Assembly (NCBI GenBank): GCA_977020255.1
Contig: CDROCS010002546.1
Location: forward strand, 248,001-312,000
From: Obrimoposthia wandeli
Lineage: Eukaryota
Direction: 5' to 3'
Length of the DNA: 64,000 nucleotides
Part shown: positions 50,213-61,062 of the stretch, piece after piece
Layout: each line of letters starts with the position of its first letter
Position numbering within the stretch: the stretch's first letter is position 1
Program-made: the position numbers and the translations under genes
Notes under the pieces: model-generated
The model's input: only the letters and a program-made list of their open reading frames with translations
Told to the model about the DNA's origin: nothing
Database searches by the model: none

Positions 50213-52548
50213 TCATAATCTAACCGACGCTATTTTTTTTTCTGAACCTCCTGAAAATCTCGTTAATTTCTCCTCTGAACCGCTGCTTATTTGATTATCT
50301 TTAATCTTCTATGTATTAGTTACTCTTCTAGAGAACCTTCTAAACAATTCGTGATTTTGCTCTTCTAATACTTCTACCCATTATTTTCTATTCTTAAACC
50401 TTATAAACACCCATGTCATATCTCATCTAAATGTTACAAATCTCATGCATCTTGTTAATTTATATTATATAACCTTTTATGTATAATTTCTTTACTAGAC
50501 CGATCATAATTTATTTGAAGTAATAAATCGACTGGTTGTTAATGTTTGAAAAGAAGTTTCTAAGTTTCCATAATATTGATAACATCAATGAATCAATAAG
50601 CTTGTAGAGTTTTGTAAGAATTTTCTTGTTTGATATATTGAACAATGAAAAATAGATAATGTATTTTTGATAGATAATGTATTTAAATCTTAATTTAGAC
50701 ATAAATTCTTTAACGGCGAGGTGTTTAACTGCTTTGTAAATGTCACTTAAAAATTTAAAATAATCTATATACAATGAACTAATTATAATTCATTTTGCGG
50801 ATGTTATTTAGTTTATTTATAAAAACCTCCTAAATTTTACTCAAAACAAATTTCTAGATGGTTTCTTTTTCTATTTTTTGTGCATTACAATTTATTTTAG
50901 AGTAGACTTCACAATCGTTTTTGTTTCTTCATTGTTAGTAATAAACGGAGTAAACATATTAATGTCGAAGAAGATATTGAACAACATGAATTGTACGACT
51001 TTGATGAAGGTCATGATGGAGTCTGTTGCAACTCGTGCAATTGTCGTCGTAAAGTTATATCAACGGAGTCACACTGCCATTGCCTAATACCTGAAGAGCA
51101 CGCGTCCTGTGGCTTATGTTGCTTTTCAATGACACGGAATGGACAGAACGAAACGTTTTTAGCTATAGACAAGGATGAAAGTGTGGATTACACAAGTTTC
51201 GTGCCTATGGGGAGTAAGGTAAGTCATTGGCATTATACTGGCAACATCGATGATATCAATCCCTACGAAAAGTTTCAATGTGAAGAAGGAGACAGAATCT
51301 TTTTTATGCATACTAAAGCGCCAAATGAGGTCCTGGTCCATATGGAAGTGAAGCTGTTTGTGCGAGCCTAATTGCCTGACTGATGACATAACATTCCAGC
51401 TTATTTTAGTTTTAGTGTTATTTAATAGATTACACTTCTCTCTACAGTGAACTATTTCTGCGTCATGTTTTGCATATCTGTTTCCATGTACCACATAGCT
51501 TGTCGAGTGACACCCAAAGAATGCCTGCTTTATACTCGACCACTGATAAATGATAACAACTTCATAAAACTGATGATTATGACTGCCTCTGATACCGATC
51601 GTCCACGCGTACTGCTGCCTTTGATCATAGATTCTCTTCTAATCTGAAACGGTTGCTGTTCTCGATTCACCGAATCAGCGCTAAGGAGTTTTTTGGTCAG
51701 TGGTGCTTCTTCCAATTCCTCGACTGTTGCTTCTTAAACACCTTCATTTGGACCCTTTAGACTATAATTTTCCCTCTGAACCATTTTAGGTTTTGTCTTT
51801 TCGTTTGTCTTTTATAACCATTTATTATAACCAATTTCTTCTAATCCCTTTAAAGCTTTAATTTCTCTTCTGAACCCTCTTGAACAACTCTTCAATATGT
51901 CTTTTATAACCATTCTATGCATTAATTTATATTCTAGCACCTTCTAAATACCCCGTAAATGTCTTCTTTGGACTCTTCTATGTGATAAATTATTTTATAA
52001 ACTTCCAAAATACCCATAAATTTCCTCTTTGAACCTCTTAAACGACCCGTTAAATTTCATTCCTAATTACCTAAATCTCTTAAATAAATCACATCAATTT
52101 CACTTCATAATCTAACCTACGCTATATTTTTTCTTCTGAACCTCCTAAAAATCTCGTTAATTTCTCCTCTGAACCGCTGCTTATTTGATTATCTTTAATC
52201 TTCTATGTATTAGTTACTCTTCTAGAGAACCTTCTAAACAATTCGTGATTTTGCTCTTCTAAAACTTCTACCCATTATTTTCTATTCTTAAACCTTATAA
52301 ACACCCATGTCATATCTCATCTAAATGTTACAAATCTCATGCATCTTGTTAATTTATATTATATAACCTTTTATGTATAATTTCTTTACTAGACCGATCA
52401 TAATTTATTTGAAGTAATAAATCGACTGGTTGTTAATGTTTGAAAAGAAGTTTCTAAGTTTCCATAATATTGATAACATCAATGAATCAATAAGCTTGTA
52501 GAGTTTTGTAAGAATTTTCTTGTTTGATATATTGAACAATGAAAAATT
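49985..52548. repeat. ~670-bp direct repeat (49985-50652 and ~51880-52548)
   Basis: Near-identical sequence from AAATCACATCAATTTCACTTC to GATATATTGAACAATGAAAAAT. Confidence 0.9.
50901..51371 (+). CDS. Cys/His-rich orphan ORF or exon between the direct repeats
   Basis: Frame is open upstream of 50991 back to an acceptor-like TTTTAG| at ~50900. Contains CCNSCNC...HCHC...HASCGLCC. Confidence 0.45.
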   Translation, partial: SRLHNRFCFFIVSNKRSKHINVEEDIEQHELYDFDEGHDGVCCNSCNCRRKVISTESHCHCLIPEEHASCGLCCFSMTRNGQNETFLAIDKDESVDYTSFVPMGSKVSHWHYTGNIDDINPYEKFQCEEGDRIFFMHTKAPNEVLVHMEVKLFVRA

Positions 52549-53985
52549 ATTTTTTTGAGAATATAGTTAACAATAAACTCAAGTAATATGAATAAATTAT
52601 AACTGAGATAAATACATGCTCTAAACATTATTGAATAAATTATATCAATAAATGATACTTGAAAATAATAAATTAGGTTAAAATGAATCGAGGAAAAGAG
52701 GAAGAGGATATAATTTAATCTATTTCAAGTCCTAATGTAATAATTTATAAAAAAATATTCCAATATAGTATTGATATCCGATGTTTACTAGTGATAATTT
52801 AATTAATTACTTATGTATTACATAGATTAAATTCCTTAAATAAGCTAATCTCAAACAATAATCAATTTTTAGTAACAATACTTTTACAAATTCTCTTACC
52901 AATAAAAACTTTTACAAAAGAAAGTAGATAAAATTTTAGATTTAATTAGTGAATCATTTTGAAATTTATTAAAATTCTTAGTTAAAGATGCATATTAAAA
53001 TTAATAATTTACTCTTGATCGTAAATTGACTATTTGATAATTGTAATCTCTCTAATTATCCATAATAAACTATTACTAATTAATCATAATAAGTTCTCAC
53101 TAATTGTCAGTAATAATCTTTATATAATTGACCGTAATAAACTCTCACTTATTGATCATATCTCTTCAAATTATAGCTTTATTACACGGAGGAATACTTT
53201 TAAAATGTTGAAGAGAAATCCAATGAGTGTATCTACCATATAAGAAACCATGAAAAACTTTTATACCGTAAGACGCATTGGCCCATAAGAATCGTCCGGA
53301 AATACAACTTATTTATTCTGAAAGTAAATCTGTTCTTAAACTAAAATCAAAGAAAATTGATACAAATATGGGTAAATTCACTGAAAAATAATCAATTATT
53401 TGCATTATAATTTGCATTATTCTAAAAAATCCATAGTAAATTTATCTTCTAATCTATAAATATATAATAACTGAAAATCGACATCCAGATGTTTTTTCAC
53501 TTGAATGATTGTTTTTGTATGTCACAAATTTATTGTACCGAATTTTTTCTCTTTGGTTTAATAAATATTTATATCCAATTTGTCTTTGTCTTTTCTAAAG
53601 TATAAAAGTTATGTTGAAAATTTTGAAAAATTAATTTTTGAATTTTTGAAATTATTTTTATAACGATGTTCCTGGGTAATATTGGGACTCAACAATCCTC
53701 AAATACGTGAGTGCTTGAAACACCGCCACGTAGTTGTACCTCGGCAAAAAAATAATGTTCAATTTATCTCTTTATTTGTGTTTTTTATAAATATTTCTAT
53801 AGACAAAAGGTTTAGAATTATTTATTTAAATATGAAATCTGATGATGATTACTAAACTTCATCAATGAATTACAGTAATTATGATAGTGATAAAAAACAT
53901 TAGTGATTTTAATAATTATGATAGTGATGAGGACATTATTGTTGGGAACTAAAATTAATTAACTTTTGTCAATTTAAATTGACAT

Positions 53986-54790
53986 TTAACTGAGGTGCCC
54001 ACATTCAGGGAGGTATTCATTGTTTGCCTCCGACGGGGTAAAAACCCCATTTCGCCTTGCCAGGCTCGTCAGGGAGATGGCTAGATAACTGGTTTTGACC
54101 ACCAAAGATTTTTCCGCCCAGAAAAGACAGCGGATGCGATTGCAGTTTGATGCAATCTGGCTGATAATCATCATCATCATCCATACAGCCAGTTCAACAT
54201 CATCATTATTCCAGTTCATGTTTTGTCTCATCCCATCTCGGAGACAGTTACCTCCCGCAGTCCACATCACTGCAACATCAATGCGTGTGGTATGTCCCCA
54301 TTCGCCACGGACAAGTTGTGGACTTTTCCCTCGCTGTCTCCCCCTTGCCGGATGTGTCCCTCAGCATTTAGAGTCCGGCATTCACTAAACCGGATTGCCT
54401 AATCTCGATCGTGACCAGACCAACCAACAGAAGCAACAGCAACAATACCGGCTGCACTCTGACGCAAATGTCACTCCTTCGCTCTTGTTTTAGCCACAAT
54501 CACACACAACTACAGCTGATGTGACACAATTATGTGTATGTGTGTTGTCCCGACCTACATAATCATTATTATCATCATCATTAGTTCGGGTTTTCTCTCC
54601 CCATTCAGCGGCAACAGTGGCTATGCGTGTCAGTGTGCCTCAACTACAGCAGTGGATATAGTGACAGCAGCATCAGTCGATAATGTGGTGTTGGCCTGCC
54701 TCCATGTGGGCGACTTATCTCCCTGATTTTAGGCTCTACTGAAGATTCAGATTCTGATTCCGACTGTGATGAAAGTGAAGTTGATTTATT
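53986..54790 (-). other. GC-rich island with broken reading frames
   Basis: GC content is clearly above the flanks. It holds short acidic or Ser-rich frames (SQSESESESSVEPKIRE, MDDDDDYQPDC) and ATC microsatellites. No coherent product. Confidence 0.3.
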
Positions 54791-54914
54791 ATGTAGATTT
54801 CATTGATTTTCTTCCCTCTCTCTTATTAGCCGCTGTCGTTGCTTTATAAAACAACAGTCATTTTACTGGTCATCCACAAAAAATAATAGACTAATAATTG
54901 ATTCAATTTTAACG

Positions 54915-55799
54915 TTTTCAGAACATTATAACTCATAACAATTTGAAATACAATCTCCGATATTTGATTCAATTTGAACGTTCCAGAACATAAAAATATA
55001 TAACAATTTGGTGAGCCAAAATATAAAATACAAAACAAATTTTCCTTAATGGATTTGCAACAATGCACAGAGGCTGACCTAAAAGAGATAAAAATTTAAA
55101 ATACAAAATTATATCAAGTAAACCAAGAAACAGATTTTATATATGCAGAAGATTTTGATTGTAGAGTACGCATAGAGATATTCATAACAGATTGTGAACA
55201 GCATAGTCACAACTCAATAGTAAAACCTGCACTATGGAAAACACTACTGATAGTCAAAGGTTTAAATTTTAAATATGTTTTTACTACTGGAGAAACACTA
55301 TTCTACCTTATGTTCCTTAGAGATCCTCAAATGTATATTAATCTCACTTTAATACAACCTACAACACAGTATCTAGAAATACCAGAATATAAAAAAGAAA
55401 TTAAAAAAAGCCTAAAACTAACATTTGAAAAAGCTAAGTTATTTATAAAATATATTCAAAAAAACTATAAAGAATATTACAACAGATCAACTAGATCATC
55501 AGAATTAAAAGTTGGATGTAAAATAATGAATCACAACTCACAAATTACAACCAGTCTATATCACAAATTGGCTATGCTATACAAAGGTTCATATACAATA
55601 ATTAGTAATTACGGAACGAATATAACAGCCAAACTTGAAAATGACCCAAAACTAAAAGAAATAAGAGTACACATAAATTTATATCAAAAAGTTATTGAAA
55701 ACTAATAAACTTGAGTAACAAAAAAATTAATCACATATTTGAAATAAAAAAAATGTACTCACATGAAGTAATTAGTAAATGAAAAGCTGTAAACTGAAT
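54915..55799 (+). mobile_element. Gypsy-type integrase tail, copy 2
   Basis: ORF 55310-55705, preceded by the TTGETLFYLMFLRDP post-catalytic motif. Confidence 0.75.
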
Positions 55800-56609
55800 A
55801 AAAATAAAATTATATATATTTTAAAACTCAGAAGAAAAAAAATGACGACAAGAAAAATAATAATATTGGTAATATCAAATAATTATATAATTCTTGTAGT
55901 TATAAGATTATTTGTTTTTGGAAAAAAACACAATTTTATATTGAAACTTTTTATTTTTACTGATTTACTACGTAACGCAAATAATTATTATGAATCCTTT
56001 TATTTTTTTTATCTTATAATACATTTTACATTTGCATGAACACTGACATTCTTATTCTAATTATATGCAATATTCTGAGCACCATTCATAGTGTAGTAAG
56101 ACTTTTTTTTTTGATTACGAATGAAATGTGTATTATTATTATTTATACAAATTAAGTTTTAATGTAAAAGCAAGTTTTATTTAATTATGATATTTTTATG
56201 ATTTTATTACTTTAACGTCAGAGGTCTGACTTTGATTTCCTCTATAGTATTGTTGGGAATTAAAATATTACAATTTAAATTTAAATCAATTTATCAAAGT
56301 GCCCACAGTCGAACAGCAATTTTTGTCAGTGATGTTCAGGTTTTATGTTGTGCTTCGTGTTAGAAAAATTGCCCGCGAAGTAGGAGATAACACAGAAGAA
56401 ATGACTTCATCCTCTATCGATTTTCTGCCTATCCAATTTTAAGTGCACCACATACACACATGTTATTTTACTGCTTCTTTCGGTGTAGAGGTGCCGATTT
56501 ACGTGTGTGTCTGCAAATTTATGTAATGTCACTTATGATAGAAAAATAAATATAAAATTGTTTGACATAGAGAGATTTGATATAATTTCTAAAACTACTT
56601 TTTTAAATT

Positions 56610-56895
56610 GCTACAGAAAAGAAGAATTATTACTGATCATATTTATTACTGTTATTACAGAAAACAGAGAATATTACTGACCATATTTATTATTGTTATT
56701 ACAGAATACAGAAATTATTGCTGACTATAATTATTACGGTTATTACAGAAAATCGAAATTATTGCTGACCATTGTTATTGCATTTACTGATTAAAACAGA
56801 ATTTTAACTGATCATTATTTTATTGTTATTGCTGAAAATATAATTTTGCTGATCATTATTTGTTGCTGTTATTACTGAAAACAGAAAGTATTGCT
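56610..56895. repeat. Degenerate ~41-43-bp tandem repeat
   Basis: Recurring TTATTACAGAAAACAGAAATTATT(A/G)CTGA(C/T)CATATTTATT, about 7 copies. Confidence 0.8.
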
Positions 56896-57419
56896 AATGA
56901 ATTAGTTGGAAATAATAATCAAATATAACAATTATCAAATATAACATTATTGTTGGGGTTTCTATACGAGACTTGTATAGATCCTCTTATGTGCGGAGGG
57001 CCCCAACGTGAGTTCGAATAGAAGCAGGTCTTAAAGTTGGTCGTGGCCTACTTAGTGTTATGGTTGCCTATCTCTATTACTTATCTGAAGGTGTTTGGTT
57101 TGACGTCTCTTAATCTGAAGGGTTTAAAACAACGTTTTCTAATGTAGGAAATCGTTTATTGGTAACACACTAAACTAAAACACAACAATACGTTTACGTA
57201 CGTATTTCTAAAAAGTATAGTAAAAATTCCTAAGACTTCTGTAAGTCTCTACAAGTGGGGATGAACCACGTATCGATTTTATGTTAAGGTTAATCGAGAT
57301 CTTAGAGTTGTTCCCCTAACTCTCGTGTCTACAATGTTGTGGGGCAAAACTTCTTAAAAAATGGACATACTTAATCGTGTCGACAATTAACGTAGGGCAA
57401 ATGCAACTTTAAAACGGGA

Positions 57420-58190
57420 AAGTATAAATTAATACTCAAAACTTTAAATGGTATAAATTTAATACTCAAAACTTTCAGACTTAAAATAGAATTGTCTAAA
57501 TTTAATACTCCAAACGGTATAAATTTAATACGCAAAACTTTCAACTTAATATAGAAATGTCTAAATTTAATACTCCAAATGGTATAAATTTAATACGCAA
57601 AACTTTCAACATAATATAGAAATGTCTAAATTTAATACTCCAAATGGTATAAATTTAATACGCAAAACTTTCAACTTAATATAGAAATGTCTAAATTTAA
57701 TACTCTAAACGGTATAAATTTAATTCACACAAATTTTCAACTTAAAATAGAATTGTCTAAATTTAATACTCCACACGGTATAAATTTAATACGCAAAACT
57801 TTCAACTTAATATAGAAATGTCTAAACTTAATACTCCACACGGTATAAATTTAATACGCAAAACTTTCAACATAAATTAGAATTGTCTAAATTTAATACT
57901 CCAAATGGTATAAATTTAATACGCAAAACTTTCAACTTAATATAGAAATGTCTAAATTTAATACTCCAAACGGTATAAATTTAATTCACACAAATTTTCA
58001 ACTTAAAATAGAATTGTCTAAATTTAATACTCCAAACGGTATAAATTTAATACGCAAAACTTTCAACTTAAAATAGAATTGTCTAAATTTAATACTCCAA
58101 ACGGTATAAATTTAATTCACACAAATTTTCAACTTAAAATAGAATTGTCTAAATTTAATACTCGAAACGGTATAAATTTAATTCACACCA
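57420..58190. repeat. 65/66-bp tandem array, about 11.5 copies, two unit variants
   Basis: GGTATAAATT recurs at 57450, 57516, 57581, 57646, 57711, 57777, 57842, 57907, 57972, 58038, 58103 and 58169. Each unit has two AAATTTAAT-based halves. Confidence 0.97.
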
Positions 58191-58239
58191 AATTTGTGGG
58201 TATTTATACCTTTAGTTTAAGATAATGGCTGGAAGTGCG

Positions 58240-58737
58240 CTGGAGATTGGGTTGAGAAACTGTAGTTGAGAACTGGAGATTGGGTTGAGAAACTGTAGTT
58301 GAGAACTGGAGATTGGGTTGAGAAACTGTAGTTGAGAACTGGAGATTGGGTTGAGAACTGGAGATTGGCCGATCTGGAACAGTGAGACAATTGGAACTGA
58401 TTCCAACTCGGAGGGAATTGCTGAGCTGAATCGGATAGAGTAGTGCGATCGGCTGGCGCGGGATCGGATAGAGTAGTGCGATCGGCTGGTGCGGAATCGG
58501 ATAGAGTAGTGCGATCGGCTGGCGCGGGATCGGATAGAGTAGTGCGATCGGCTGGCGCGGGATCGGATTGATGAGATTGTTGTATTTCTGTAATGATCGA
58601 ATTAATGTGGCTCAAAATTAGGAGCGCTCACCCAAGTTTTTCCGCTGTTGGTGTGTATCCGGCGTGACTTTTCTTCTTCTTGCGACAATGACTTTTCTTC
58701 TTCTTCTGACAATGACTTTTCTTCCTCTTCTGACTGG
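58240..58737. repeat. Three successive short arrays of 33, 33 and 24 bp
   Basis: CTGGAGATTGGGTTGAGAAACTGTAGTTGAGAA about 4 times, TCGGATAGAGTAGTGCGATCGGCTGGCGCGGGA about 4 times, and GACTTTTCTTCTTCTTCTGACAAT about 3 times. Confidence 0.93.
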
Positions 58738-59391
58738 TTGAGGCGACTTATATAGTCGGTCGTCGAGTGGAGGCAATTTCCACCTGGCTCTTGAAAGTCA
58801 GTGGAATTAAAATCTAATTAAAATAATATGCCTACGTTGGCGAATTTTTCCTGATTGACGTTTTTCCTTTTTCTTCTTAGTTCCCTTTTCCAATTAACTC
58901 TTATTCTTATTTTTGCACTTTTGTATTAATAATCTTAACCTATATATACGACACACTACACACGACCTTCGTGGTCCTATTAATATTTACCCCTGATTTT
59001 ATCCTCTAATATTTTAACTTAATTTTAAATATTTAATTTTCAACCTTGCTTTCAAGGATTTTTATTTTAGTATAAATTTAACTAATTCTTTTAATTTTTT
59101 AATTCCTAAATCTAACATATCTCGGGGGTTCCAAAAAAGTTACGTCCCCGGAACGTATCGATTTTACTCTTATAAGCCTCTGGCTGTTGATTTTAGGCTC
59201 ATCCCTACAAAATCAGTCATTCAATTCATCAAACATGCCCAAAACTTTAAAAGAAACTCGGTTTTTTCTAAAAAAGTGAACATTTGGACAGAGTCTCAAA
59301 TATTCACTAATTTATTACTTATACACAAAAATGGCTACATAGATAAGTAAGGAATTAGGAAGGAAAGAGGGAAGGAAAGAATGTAGTGTTA

Positions 59392-59928
59392 TCAAATGTC
59401 GTTAGTAAGGTCGATTGTAATTGTCGGCTGGTTCCGACTATTTAGGTAGCGCATGACCTGCTCCAGGGGTAGGTCTGGAAAGGACGGACTGTCCCCGTTG
59501 TAGAGGTGCAGTTGCTGGCTCCGGATCAGGTGTGGGCTCTCGACAAACAGGTCAAAATATTGCCCGTTCAGCTCATGGTTCTCCATCCATAAGCGTCTGG
59601 CCTGGAACCATGAATGGCAGTCGCGGCTAGACCGCCATCGCTCGCGGATGCCCAATTGTGTGTCGCGACGGCGTGCGAGACACACGTAGCACTGGCAGTG
59701 TATGCCACCAATGCAACTGGCAGGTGATCGGTTGCCCTTGGATCGTCCACGGCACTGGAGCGTCCACTTGCAAAAGGGTGCCCGGCACAATGGGCATGTG
59801 ATTTTGCCAGGGGGTCGAGCCTTGGCCCACAAATAGAGGCACGACTCGTGGAATTTGTGACGGCAGCCGACAGGGGATGCCGATGCCGTCCAAATTTTCT
59901 CCATGCATACTGAACACTTCATCTGCAC
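59392..59928 (-). CDS. RING-H2 protein 3 (putative E3 ubiquitin ligase)
   Basis: CSVC...CRHKFHESC...CPLCR is a C3H2C3 ring, followed by CIGGIHCQCYVC. Confidence 0.85.
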   Translation of the reverse strand: MQMKCSVCMEKIWTASASPVGCRHKFHESCLYLWAKARPPGKITCPLCRAPFCKWTLQCRGRSKGNRSPASCIGGIHCQCYVCLARRRDTQLGIRERWRSSRDCHSWFQARRLWMENHELNGQYFDLFVESPHLIRSQQLHLYNGDSPSFPDLPLEQVMRYLNSRNQPTITIDLTNDI

Positions 59929-60274
59929 AAGAAAATGATTCCTTTCAACTTGGGGTTCAACTGTTTTCGTCGTTAATTTATAAGGTTAAAATTTTAGTTT
60001 CAAAATGAACCTTTAGTTTTTTAATCCTACCGAGTTTTGTTCTGATTTTAGGCATGTTTACACATTCACACTAGGCATAAAAAATTGTCTTTTAGAATTT
60101 CAGTATAATAATTACAATTTCAGTTAAACAACATACATAAAAATGGTAATGGTCATTTTACAGTTTCACAAGATTATACAATTATGATTACAATTATGGT
60201 AGCTAATTTATCGCGGTATGCGATACACAGGGTAGTTCATGATGTCACGTTCAAAGTCAGAAAGTTACCTTCGA

Positions 60275-60580
60275 TTATTGCTGGGAGTTGGGCTGGCCTG
60301 TGCGTCGCTCCTCCACGCAGAACGAGCACCAGCAATCGCAGATAGTTTTCCAGCAGTGTACTATGGGTACCACTGCTTGGAGGCTGTCCTGGTTGTACAC
60401 GTAGTGCACTGAGAAGGTCGCTCTGCACATCGGGCAGGTTGGGAAGTCGAGGGGATTGTTGCTGTTGGCGATGGGAATCCACGTCTCGAGGCATTCGATG
60501 TGGAAAAGGTGGTCGCAGTTGTTGGGCTTGGTGTAGAAGTCCACGATGCTCTCGTAGCAGATGGAACATTCTCCAGACAT
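60275..60580 (-). CDS. RING-H2 protein 2
   Basis: CSIC...CDHLFHIEC...CPMCR, followed by CWKTICDCWCSFC. Confidence 0.88.
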   Translation of the reverse strand: MSGECSICYESIVDFYTKPNNCDHLFHIECLETWIPIANSNNPLDFPTCPMCRATFSVHYVYNQDSLQAVVPIVHCWKTICDCWCSFCVEERRTGQPNSQQ

Positions 60581-60640
60581 TACTGTGAGAGGGTTGATGT
60601 TGAATTTGGGCTCGATTGAGGACTGGTGATTGTGTGATGT

Positions 60641-60940
60641 TTACACAAAAGTGGTCGGATTTTGTCGTTCTGACAAACAGTAGTAACACCAACACTCTCC
60701 GAAATTCTTCCAACAGAATACCACCTGTACATATACATCCTCTTGGTTGGGTTCTAACATGATGAATCTTGCGAATTGTCTTCTGCATACAGGGCAACAA
60801 GGGTATGTTGGATGTCCGAACTGTCCATAAGTTCTGATCCATGTCGATAAACATTCCTCGTGGTGTAAATGGTTGCAGGTTTCGGGTCTTGTTCTTCGTT
60901 CGGTTAGATCTTCCAAACATATTGGGCATTCTTCGGACAT
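60641..60940 (-). CDS. RING-H2 protein 1
   Basis: CPIC...CNHLHHEEC...CPVCR, followed by CWKNFGECWCYYC. A TATATAAAA lies upstream. Confidence 0.88.
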   Translation of the reverse strand: MSEECPICLEDLTERRTRPETCNHLHHEECLSTWIRTYGQFGHPTYPCCPVCRRQFARFIMLEPNQEDVYVQVVFCWKNFGECWCYYCLSERQNPTTFV

Positions 60941-61062
60941 TCTAAATACATGATGATGATTAATTTCTACATGAGTTTTATATATTTCTACTATTTGTAC
61001 AATTGCTTCTAGGTATTTCTACATATTTCATACATTAATTATCTACAACCTCCTCTGACTTA

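Noticed and set aside
56995-57020. tRNA-Lys 3'-end or PBS-like CCCAACGTG..TCGAA
   Set aside because: It lacks the initial TGG, and no cloverleaf can be built on either strand.
57420-58190. CRISPR-like regular array
   Set aside because: The units are contiguous repeats with no unique spacers, there are no cas genes, and the context is eukaryotic.
58217-58615. 132-aa repeat protein
   Set aside because: It starts at TTG and stays open because both arrays have a 33-bp period. It is kept only as part of the repeat-ladder finding.
60237-60929. 230-aa ORF overlapping RING genes 1 and 2
   Set aside because: It has no recognisable motif and overlaps two frames with clear Zn-ligand patterns. It is most simply an alternate-frame by-product.
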